From: a virus
Lineage: Duplodnaviria > Caudoviricetes
DNA: 40,427 nucleotides
IMG/VR virus record: IMGVR_UViG_3300017761_004934
Span: 1 to 40,427 of that record
Reading direction: 5' to 3' (one strand)
The notes below the pieces were generated by a model. It did no database searches, was not told where the DNA came from, and saw only the letters and a list, made by a program, of their open reading frames with translations. This document shows positions 27,215-36,294 of this stretch, in pieces; position 1 is the first letter of the stretch, and every line of letters starts with the position of its first letter. The position numbers and the translations under genes are program-made.

Positions 27215-29002
27215 ATGGCTGATAAGAAAGTACCAATAAAATATACTGCTAGAGACTTTAATTCTATAAAGAACGAATTGATAGACCACGCTAGAAGGTA
27301 TTATCCAGATACAGTAAAGGATTTTTCAGATTCGTCTTTTGCTTCTTTAATGCTGGATACGGTTTCGTATGTTGGAGATGTATTATCGTTTTACCTAGAT
27401 TATAGTGTAAACGAATCTTTGCTTAATACTGCAACAGAAAGAAAAAACGTAATGTCATTAGCTAGACAAATGGGCTTTAAAGTACCAGCAAAAGCTATAT
27501 CTTATGGTAACGTTAGTTTATATATTGCAGTTCCAGCAAACGCATCCTCTACTGGCCCAGATTCAGCATATATTCCAATTATAGAAAAAAATAGTACGTT
27601 TAAATCAACAAATGGTCAACAATATATATTGATGGAAGATGTTGATTTTAGCAATACAAATAACAGAATAGTAGTAGCAAGAGTTGATTCAAGTACTGGT
27701 TTGCCAACAAGTTATGCAATTAAAGCAAACGGTAAAGTTATGTCTGGAAGATTTAGAGAACAAGTAATAGATATTGGTTCTTTTGAAAAATTCAGAAAAA
27801 TTGCTTTAAATAGCACAAATATTACTGAGATTATAAGTATTACTGACTTAGAGGGTCACGAATATTATGAAGTAGATTTTTTATCTCAAGACGTAATATT
27901 TAAAGAAGTAAAAAATACTGATACTTCAACTATAACAAGTATTTTAAAACCAATACCAGTTCCTAGAAGATTTGTACTTGAAAGAACAATTGATAATACA
28001 TATGTCCAATTTGGGTACGGCTCAGAGAATGAGGTAACAAACGAAACAGTTGTAGACCCAGCTCAACTAGTTTTGTCTTTACAATCAAAAACATATGTTA
28101 CAAATACTTCGTTTGATCCTACAAACATAATAAAAACAGATAAACTTGGTGTTGGTCCATCTAATACAACAATAAGAGTTTTATATCTAGAGAGCGATAC
28201 AGATACTGCCAATTCACCAACAAACAGCGTTTCCACTGTTTTACAAAGAAATCTAAGATTTAAAGATAGGTTAAATCTAACAAATACTTTAGTATCGTCT
28301 GTTGCTGGTAGTTTGGAGGTAAATAACGAAGAACCAATAGTTGGAGAAGTTGGAAGTTTAGAAACTGATGAAATTAAAATTAGAACTTTAGATTTTTATG
28401 CATCACAAAATAGAGCAGTATCAAGACAAGATTACATATCTTTAGTTTATGCTATGCCAAATAAATTTGGTGCAATTAAGAGATGTAACATAATTCAAGA
28501 TCCTAACTCTTTTAAAAGAAATTTAAATCTATATGTAATATCAGAAAATGATGTTGGTAATTTAGTACAAACAAATTCTATTATAAAAGAAAACTTAAAA
28601 AATTGGTTAAATTCTAATAGAATGGTTAACGATACAATAGATATATTAGACGCAAAAATAGTAAATATAGGTATAAATTTTTCAGTTATAACTACAAAAG
28701 ATTCTGATAAATATGATGTTTTACAACAATGTTACTTAGCATTAATAGCAAAATATAATTTAAATTTTGATATTGGAGAACCATTTAGTATTAGTGATGT
28801 ATACACAACATTAAATAAATTAGATGGTGTTTCTGACGTAACAAACGTTGAAATAATAAACAAAACAAATGGTTTTTATTCAACAACAAAATTAGATATA
28901 AGATCCCAAACTTCATCAGATGGTAGATTTATAAATGTACCACATAATGTAATTTTAGAAATAAAAGATTTAAGTAGCGACATAAAAGGAACCGTTAGAT
29001 AA
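27215..29002 (+). CDS. Baseplate wedge subunit, T4 gp6/baseplate J-like
   Basis: YTARDFNSIKNEL, YVGDVLSFYLD, ESLLNTATERKNV..LARQMGF, VQFGYG and QNRAVSRQDY. Confidence 0.9.
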   Translation: MADKKVPIKYTARDFNSIKNELIDHARRYYPDTVKDFSDSSFASLMLDTVSYVGDVLSFYLDYSVNESLLNTATERKNVMSLARQMGFKVPAKAISYGNVSLYIAVPANASSTGPDSAYIPIIEKNSTFKSTNGQQYILMEDVDFSNTNNRIVVARVDSSTGLPTSYAIKANGKVMSGRFREQVIDIGSFEKFRKIALNSTNITEIISITDLEGHEYYEVDFLSQDVIFKEVKNTDTSTITSILKPIPVPRRFVLERTIDNTYVQFGYGSENEVTNETVVDPAQLVLSLQSKTYVTNTSFDPTNIIKTDKLGVGPSNTTIRVLYLESDTDTANSPTNSVSTVLQRNLRFKDRLNLTNTLVSSVAGSLEVNNEEPIVGEVGSLETDEIKIRTLDFYASQNRAVSRQDYISLVYAMPNKFGAIKRCNIIQDPNSFKRNLNLYVISENDVGNLVQTNSIIKENLKNWLNSNRMVNDTIDILDAKIVNIGINFSVITTKDSDKYDVLQQCYLALIAKYNLNFDIGEPFSISDVYTTLNKLDGVSDVTNVEIINKTNGFYSTTKLDIRSQTSSDGRFINVPHNVILEIKDLSSDIKGTVR

Positions 29003-30441
29003 TGGCAATAAAAAGATATTTAGCTGATTCCGATACAACAATAACAAATGCTTATAAAGCAAATCTAACTAGCACTGGTGTTAGTGGAAATATGGGTTTA
29101 TCTGATATTCTAGAGATATTTAAAATATTTGGACAAGCTAGCTCTGGTTCTTCAGAATTATCTAGAATATTGGTTAAGTTTCCAGTAGATCAAATAGTTT
29201 CAGATAGAAATGCAAATTTGATTGCAAGTTCTGGTTCTGTAGAGTGGTATTTAAAACTTTATAATGCAAGACACTCTCAAACATTACCAAAAAACTATAC
29301 CCTAACTGTATCAGCAGTATCTAGATCATGGGATGAAGGATACGGTTTAGATATGGAAGAGTATAGTGATATTGGTTATGCAAATTGGATATCAGCAGCA
29401 TCATCTTCTAATTCTGGTATAACTAACTGGACAACTTCTGGTGGCGATTATCACACCACGCCTACATCATCTCAATACTTTTCAAATGGCACTGAAGATT
29501 TGATTATTAATGTTTCAAACATAGTAGAACAGTGGATTAATAATACAAAACAAAATTATGGTTTTGGTATTAAATTATCTTCAAGTCACGAAAATGCATT
29601 GCAATCTTTTTATACTAAAAAATTCTTTGCAAGAGGTACTGAATTTTTCTTTAAAAGACCAGTTCTAGAAGCACGTTGGAATTCTGTAAGAAAAGATAAT
29701 AGAGGACATTTTTATGCAAGTAGTTCGTTAGCATCAGCCCAAGATAATCTAAATACAATTTATCTTTACAATGTTGTTAGGGGTCGTTTGGCTAACATAC
29801 CAGCAATTGGAACTGGTAACATCTATGTAAGGGTGTTTGACGATCCATCTGGCAACAATACAATTACAGCAACACCAAATAATCCTATAACTGGTGGATG
29901 GGTTTCTACTGGCATTTACTCGGCTTCTTTCGCATTGAACACGACAGCATCAGAAGTATTTGATCGTTGGTTCAATAGCACACTTACAACCTGTTTCCAC
30001 ACAGGTTCAATAGACGTTTATGATTTGGATTCACAAGATTATAACCCAACAAATCGTTATGTTGTTTCTTGTACGAATCTTAAAACAAGTTATTACTCTG
30101 AAGAACAAGCAAGATTCAGATTGTTTGTTCGCAAGAAAGATTGGCAACCAACTATTTATACAGTAGCAACTAATTTCATTCCATCTGAAATGATAGAAAG
30201 TGCGTCATATAAATTGGTTAGAGTTATTGATAATTTAGAGGTTGTACCTTATGGAACAGGTTCTACAATGCATACTGGTCTTTCATATGATGTTTCTGGA
30301 AGTTATTTTGATTTAGATATGAACACTTTAGAAGCAGGTTATTCATACCAAATTAAATTAGCATTTTACGATGGTTTTACAAATAATTGGAAAGAACAAC
30401 CAGATACATTTAAATTTAGAGTAGAAAAGAATGAGTCTTAA
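29002..30441 (+). CDS. Virion structural protein with DNRLRE-like beta-sandwich
   Basis: ADSDTTI, SRILVKF, VSRSWDEG.G, W...GGD, VEQWI....NYGFGIK and RPVLEARW. Confidence 0.6.
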   Translation: MAIKRYLADSDTTITNAYKANLTSTGVSGNMGLSDILEIFKIFGQASSGSSELSRILVKFPVDQIVSDRNANLIASSGSVEWYLKLYNARHSQTLPKNYTLTVSAVSRSWDEGYGLDMEEYSDIGYANWISAASSSNSGITNWTTSGGDYHTTPTSSQYFSNGTEDLIINVSNIVEQWINNTKQNYGFGIKLSSSHENALQSFYTKKFFARGTEFFFKRPVLEARWNSVRKDNRGHFYASSSLASAQDNLNTIYLYNVVRGRLANIPAIGTGNIYVRVFDDPSGNNTITATPNNPITGGWVSTGIYSASFALNTTASEVFDRWFNSTLTTCFHTGSIDVYDLDSQDYNPTNRYVVSCTNLKTSYYSEEQARFRLFVRKKDWQPTIYTVATNFIPSEMIESASYKLVRVIDNLEVVPYGTGSTMHTGLSYDVSGSYFDLDMNTLEAGYSYQIKLAFYDGFTNNWKEQPDTFKFRVEKNES

Positions 30442-33400
30442 AGATATTTTTTTAAAAAATACAAATATCATAAATCAAGTAAGTTCTAATGAAATTGAAC
30501 AAGATTTAGAATCTAAAGGTTATTTAACTGAGTATAAAATTGATAAAGATCAATTTATACCAACAGTTGATTTTGAAGATCCTAAAAATTTTGTATTTTT
30601 TGGCTCAGCAAGAAAGCTTTATTTAAGTGCAATTTCTAGAATTTATAATACATACCCATATGATGGTTCTAAGTCTGAAAAATTAAATTGGCAAAATTCT
30701 TCATCTTATTTTGATAAGTGGTTTTATGAAAATAAATATCCTAAATCAACTGGTTATGCTGTTTTTTCTGGAAATGGTTGGACTACTAAATTAGGTTCTA
30801 CAATTAGTGGATACGGCGAACCAACTACTAAAGAATATATACAAGTCAAAGGTGGACCAAATAACTATTCTAATACTACTTTATTAGAAAATTTTCCATA
30901 CTCTAATATTTACGATTCAAATACTAATAGACTTTCTAATTTAAGATTAAACTTAAATAGTGGTTCTACAATAGAGTTTTGGTTAAATAAACAATCTTTT
31001 AATACTTCAAATACAGAAAAAGAAGTAATTTTTGATTTGTGGAATGGTCAAACTTCTTCTAGTAATGATTATGGAAGATTAACTATTGAATTATCTGGTA
31101 ATACTTCTTCTCCATTTTATGTAACATTACAATCTGGTTCTTCTGGTTTTTATAACCAACAAATTAATTCAACATTAACAACATCATCTTTATCTAATTG
31201 GCATCATTATGCATTTAGTTTCTTAAATAACGAAACTAGTGGTATTGATGTAAAATTTTACTATGATGGAACTTTAGTTTCTACATCAAATTATGGAACT
31301 TCTGTTGGTGAAGTTGGTAAAACTTTAATAGCAAACATAGGAGCATTAAGGACAGCACCATCTGGTGTTATGTCCGTATCTGAAGGTTGGGGTAAACTTT
31401 CTGGTTCTATAGATGAATTTAGATATTGGAAAACAAAAAGAAACTCACAACAAATAGCAAGATATTGGTGGAATAACATTGATGGTGGTTCAAATAGCGA
31501 TGATTATAATACAAATATTGGTGTTTATTATAAATTTAATGAAGGTATAACATTAAATGATTCAAGAGATTCTGTAGTATTAGATTATTCTGGTAGAATT
31601 TCAAATGGTCGTTGGGTAGGTTACAATTCAAATTCAAGAAATACAAGTTCTGCAATAACGTTATACTCTGGCAACGACTATGCAGAGCAAGCAGATCCAA
31701 TTATATATTCTACACATCCACAGGTTGAGGCAGCAATCAATGAGTACACTACCTCTGGTTCATCCCATGACTTTAATAATCCATCTTCAATTTATAATTC
31801 TTTACCACAATGGATACTTGACGAAGATGCAGAAAATGGCGAAATACTTTTAGAATTAGTATCAATTTTATCAAGTTATTTAGATAAATTATATATTCAA
31901 ATAAAAAGTTTAAATTCTTTAAAAAATCAAAATAATTTTATTTCTGGTTCATTACAGAAACCATTACCATACTCTAAAGAATTACTTACTTCTTCTGGTT
32001 TGGTTTCTCCAAGTTTATTCATAGATGCAAATGTATTTGAATCTATATTATCTAGAACTGATTCTGAGCAATTTGAAGAAAAATTAAGTGATATAAAAAA
32101 TATCATATATCAAAATATATATTCAAATTTAGTAAACATATATAAATCGAAAGGAACGGAAAAAGGTTTTAGGAATCTACTTCACTGTTTTGGTATAGAT
32201 GAAAAATTAGTTAACATAAATCTTTATAGTTCAAATGTAGAATATCAATTTAAAGATAATTTTGAAAATATTTCTATAAAGAAAAAAATGGTTGATTTTA
32301 ACAATGCTGACAGAAGAGCGGCTACTGTTTATCAATTTAAAGATTCTACTAATTCTAACAGCAAATCTTATTTTACTGGCTCAACAGAACTTCTATATGT
32401 TCCAACTACAATAGAAGCAGAAGTATATTTTCCATTATTGCAATTAAATTTTGATGATTCATATAAAAGTGAAATATTAAATTCATCTTTATTTGGTATG
32501 CACACTGCAATTAATAATGCAGATGACTTAACTTGGAATACAAATGATTATGCTAATTTTCAAGTTGTTAGTAATAAATTAGATTACTTATCTAAAGGTG
32601 CATACTTTTCTTTAAGTTCATCAAACCCCTATCCAATACCGCTATTAACATCTTCATATTATTATGATGTATATGATAATACAAAGTGGAATTTTAGCGT
32701 TACACTAAAACCAACAAAAGAATTTAATAACTTTATATCTGGAAGCGTAATAACATCAAGCACTTCAACGACACCAGATATAAATTATGAAATAATATTC
32801 TCTGGCTATAATCTTATGGCAGATAGTGTTGTTAATGAATTCTCTGTTTCTTCTTCAATTTCTTATAATGTAGCTAAGAATTTTATTTTATCAAATAAAA
32901 GATTATATGCTGGTACAGAAAGAACAAACTTTACTGGTTCTGTAATAACCAATTCAGACGTAAGAGTTAGCGATATAAAGTATTGGTTAAAGGATTTGTC
33001 TAGAGAAGAGCAAATAGCTCATTCAAGAGATTTAGAAAATTATGGTTCTATAAATCCATTATATAATTCGTTCTTTTACAATTTAAGTTCAAGTAATTTT
33101 TCTTATATTCAAAATAAAACTTTATTAATGAATTTAAATTTTGAATATGTAACCGCATCAGATTCAAATGGACGTTTTACTGTAATAGATGCTACTTCTG
33201 GAAGCTCTACGAATTCTTACAATTACCCAGCTTGGCTGAGTGCCTATGCAAATTCTCATTACACTGCAAGAGGAGATTTCTTCAATACTAATGGTAGTGA
33301 CGTTGTAGATGTAAATTATGTGGTATCAGCTAGACAAAGACTACCAGAAGTAATTAATAGTTCTGATATGATCAACATCTTAACACAAGATGATGATGTG

Positions 33401-36286
33401 TTTACTAGAGAGTCAAGACCAGTTAAATATCAAATAAATTTTGAAAAGAGTATGTATCAAACAATTTCTAGCGAAATGCTAAAAATGTTTGCAACAATAA
33501 AAGATTTTAATAATTTAATTGGTAATCCAATTTACAAATATAGACAAGAATATAAAGATCTTAATTATTTAAAACAAGTATTTTTTGAAAATGTTGGGAA
33601 CGAGCCAGATTTAGATAAATATTTAGATTTTTATAAATGGTTTGATTCTTCACTTGGTTCGTTCTTAATTCAGCTTACTCCAGCTTCTGCTGATACATCA
33701 AATGGATTATTAAATGTAATTGAAAGTCATATACTTGAACGCAACAAATATCAACATAAATTTCCATCTCTAGAGTTTAGGCAAAATGATTTAGAAGCTG
33801 GTGCTATTTCAATCAATAGACACCTTTACAATTGGCGTACTGGTTACAGACCAATTAGTAATCTTGAGAATGAAAATTGTTTTTATTGGAATCAAAGAGC
33901 TGAAAGAGCAGTTCCACCAATTTCATCATCAAATGCTAGTGTTAATACTTCAAGAACAAACATTCTCAATGTTTCTTTGCAAGTATTAAACAGGTCTTTT
34001 ACAACTCCTTATCGTTTTGATATTGAACAATCTAAACAAATTAAAGGCGGTGTAAATTTTGAAGTAAATAAAAATATAGATTTTGCTTCAATTGCTGTTG
34101 CGCCACATGGGCCTTTAGATACAGATAGTGTAGTTAATGTTCCAGCAAATTATCTTGTTTCATTAATTGAAAATACATCTTCATTATTGCAAGATTGTAA
34201 TGATGTAACAAATCCAAATAAAAAAATTAAATATTACTTTAATACAATACAAGGAAGAGATTATATATCATCTTCGCTTGCATATGGTGAAGTACTAAAC
34301 AGCAAAATAGCATTACCATTTAACGTTGTAAGCGGATCAGATAATAGCGGTTATCAAACTCAAGTATCCAATCAGTTTATGAGTGGTGCAATAATAACCA
34401 ACATACATAATGATACATATGGTTCTATGAATGAAATATCAATTCAAGGACCATTTACAAATGCTTGGGTTGGTGGTCGTCAATCAAGACACATTAAATT
34501 AAACAGCGGAGCAGATAGTTATCTCAATAGGCCAGAAGCTTGGAAAATACTTTTAGGAATTGGTAGTTTTACTGGTTCTTATCAAACCGCACTTGGAATA
34601 GTTGGAGCAGATTATCCATTCCCAGAAGGTAATCCAGATGATCCTTCTTATCCTGTTCGTACTCATTTAAGAGCTACATATCTTAGAGAAGAAACTGCAA
34701 AAAGACCAGTAAATATTAAAAATATTCAATCAACAACCAGTTCTGCCGTATTAGGTAATTATTTTAATACTTATGAAGTTTTGCATACATTTGGTGCTAC
34801 CTCAAACAATAGAATGCTTGTTGACGCTGTTAACCCATCAAATGCTAGTGAATTCTACAGAATTTTAAGAACAGATACTGATGGAAGAGTAGATTTTGAG
34901 TTACCAATAATTCCAAAATCTCAAACTGTTATTAAAAATATATTTTCTGCTCCTGGCGATTACAGAACAAATTCAAGAGGATATTTAAGCAGATACTCAG
35001 AAGAAACTTCACCATACAATGTATTACCATTTAGAAATAGAGACATAATTGGTACAGGTAGAGGTAATAGAGATTTAAGAGGTGCAACAAGCGATTCTGT
35101 ATATGTACCAAATATAGTTTCTGGTTCTTTAAGAGATTACAATAGTTTAGTATGTTATTATTCTGAATTTGGTGGTACTGTTTCTGGGTCTAGTGGACAA
35201 CTTCCCTCAATACACAAAGTAAATAGAAATACATTATTTACAGTAGCATACTCTGGCTCAACCATAGTTAGAAAACTTGATTATGACAATGGATTTATAT
35301 CACATGCAATACCACAATCTGACGAAGGTTATTCTTGGATTACTGCATCTTTAGCAACAAATACTTCTAGAAGATCAGTGTTTGCTGCTGGTGGTAGATT
35401 AGGTCCACCACGTTTATTTAGTAGATTCACTACCGCATCTGGAAGCACTTCTGAATTTATAGTTAATACATTTGTATCTTCAAGTGGTATAGGATCTTAT
35501 TTTGATACAATTGGCTTAAATGGTAGAATGTTTCCAGAAGATATTGCTGATATTTCTCTTGGCGGCAAATCACAGTTTATACCAATTAATTTTGTTGGTT
35601 TAAATACTTTAGTCTATGAGACTTCTTCATACACTACTTTGGGTCAAACCGTAACTGATTACGCTATATTTGTTAATGCAACTTTTGTCGATACAGTAGC
35701 ACCAAACAAAAATGCTGTGTTTACTGCACTGCTACAACATAGAGGCGGTTCATATGGTTACCCAATATTCAAGCAATTAAGAGTTGGAGAACACAGAGTA
35801 GCTAGAAACATTAAAGAAGATAATTATATATCTATAGATAAAGGAAGAAATCTTAGAACCTCTTTTGGATCAAGACCAGTATTTTATGAATTAGGTGTAC
35901 AATTATTTAAAGAGCCAACATTAGAGTTAAACTCTTTACCACTCATAATTAATATAAAAGATGTTAATCTACCAAACGAAGAGAATAATATAAAATTAAA
36001 AATTAGTTATGAAAATATAATTAAAAATTTCTCAAATACTGATTTAAATAGTGTTCTAAATTTGCCTAGATTTAAAAATGAAGTTACAATTTATGATACA
36101 ATATTAACTTTACAAAATTTAGATAATACTAGATATATAATTGATAATGTTGAATATCAAACAGTAATATTACCAAATCCACAAAATATTACATTTGAAA
36201 CTAACAGAGAAAGAACTTCATTTAATTTTAATTGGAAAAATACAAGAGAAAATAGAAGAAGATCAAACGTAAATAATATATTTTAG
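30431..36286 (+). CDS. Giant baseplate/virion protein with LamG (concanavalin A-like) domain and gp7-like segment
   Basis: TIEFWLNK, WHHYAFSF, FYYDG and GSIDEFRYWK (LamG). IYKSKGTEKGFRNLLHCFG is a gp7/P2-I-like wedge motif. Ser/Thr/Asn-rich. Confidence 0.75.
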   Translation: MSLKDIFLKNTNIINQVSSNEIEQDLESKGYLTEYKIDKDQFIPTVDFEDPKNFVFFGSARKLYLSAISRIYNTYPYDGSKSEKLNWQNSSSYFDKWFYENKYPKSTGYAVFSGNGWTTKLGSTISGYGEPTTKEYIQVKGGPNNYSNTTLLENFPYSNIYDSNTNRLSNLRLNLNSGSTIEFWLNKQSFNTSNTEKEVIFDLWNGQTSSSNDYGRLTIELSGNTSSPFYVTLQSGSSGFYNQQINSTLTTSSLSNWHHYAFSFLNNETSGIDVKFYYDGTLVSTSNYGTSVGEVGKTLIANIGALRTAPSGVMSVSEGWGKLSGSIDEFRYWKTKRNSQQIARYWWNNIDGGSNSDDYNTNIGVYYKFNEGITLNDSRDSVVLDYSGRISNGRWVGYNSNSRNTSSAITLYSGNDYAEQADPIIYSTHPQVEAAINEYTTSGSSHDFNNPSSIYNSLPQWILDEDAENGEILLELVSILSSYLDKLYIQIKSLNSLKNQNNFISGSLQKPLPYSKELLTSSGLVSPSLFIDANVFESILSRTDSEQFEEKLSDIKNIIYQNIYSNLVNIYKSKGTEKGFRNLLHCFGIDEKLVNINLYSSNVEYQFKDNFENISIKKKMVDFNNADRRAATVYQFKDSTNSNSKSYFTGSTELLYVPTTIEAEVYFPLLQLNFDDSYKSEILNSSLFGMHTAINNADDLTWNTNDYANFQVVSNKLDYLSKGAYFSLSSSNPYPIPLLTSSYYYDVYDNTKWNFSVTLKPTKEFNNFISGSVITSSTSTTPDINYEIIFSGYNLMADSVVNEFSVSSSISYNVAKNFILSNKRLYAGTERTNFTGSVITNSDVRVSDIKYWLKDLSREEQIAHSRDLENYGSINPLYNSFFYNLSSSNFSYIQNKTLLMNLNFEYVTASDSNGRFTVIDATSGSSTNSYNYPAWLSAYANSHYTARGDFFNTNGSDVVDVNYVVSARQRLPEVINSSDMINILTQDDDVFTRESRPVKYQINFEKSMYQTISSEMLKMFATIKDFNNLIGNPIYKYRQEYKDLNYLKQVFFENVGNEPDLDKYLDFYKWFDSSLGSFLIQLTPASADTSNGLLNVIESHILERNKYQHKFPSLEFRQNDLEAGAISINRHLYNWRTGYRPISNLENENCFYWNQRAERAVPPISSSNASVNTSRTNILNVSLQVLNRSFTTPYRFDIEQSKQIKGGVNFEVNKNIDFASIAVAPHGPLDTDSVVNVPANYLVSLIENTSSLLQDCNDVTNPNKKIKYYFNTIQGRDYISSSLAYGEVLNSKIALPFNVVSGSDNSGYQTQVSNQFMSGAIITNIHNDTYGSMNEISIQGPFTNAWVGGRQSRHIKLNSGADSYLNRPEAWKILLGIGSFTGSYQTALGIVGADYPFPEGNPDDPSYPVRTHLRATYLREETAKRPVNIKNIQSTTSSAVLGNYFNTYEVLHTFGATSNNRMLVDAVNPSNASEFYRILRTDTDGRVDFELPIIPKSQTVIKNIFSAPGDYRTNSRGYLSRYSEETSPYNVLPFRNRDIIGTGRGNRDLRGATSDSVYVPNIVSGSLRDYNSLVCYYSEFGGTVSGSSGQLPSIHKVNRNTLFTVAYSGSTIVRKLDYDNGFISHAIPQSDEGYSWITASLATNTSRRSVFAAGGRLGPPRLFSRFTTASGSTSEFIVNTFVSSSGIGSYFDTIGLNGRMFPEDIADISLGGKSQFIPINFVGLNTLVYETSSYTTLGQTVTDYAIFVNATFVDTVAPNKNAVFTALLQHRGGSYGYPIFKQLRVGEHRVARNIKEDNYISIDKGRNLRTSFGSRPVFYELGVQLFKEPTLELNSLPLIINIKDVNLPNEENNIKLKISYENIIKNFSNTDLNSVLNLPRFKNEVTIYDTILTLQNLDNTRYIIDNVEYQTVILPNPQNITFETNRERTSFNFNWKNTRENRRRSNVNNIF

Positions 36287-36294
36287 GGAGCAAT

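Noticed and set aside
5395-31479. Short minus-strand ORFs in the track (e.g. 5395-5598, 6484-6765, 13988-14281, 15115-15540, 31291-31479)
   Set aside because: All lie antisense within well-supported + strand genes and show no motifs; they are shadow ORFs.
33801-33989. 62-aa + strand ORF
   Set aside because: Out-of-frame overlap inside the 1951-aa gene, with no SD or motif.
18892-36286. Extracellular contractile injection system or tailocin
   Set aside because: The gp55-like sigma, PhoH, nuclease and T4-style gp6 context indicate a large phage; no eCIS ATPase or host genes are seen.
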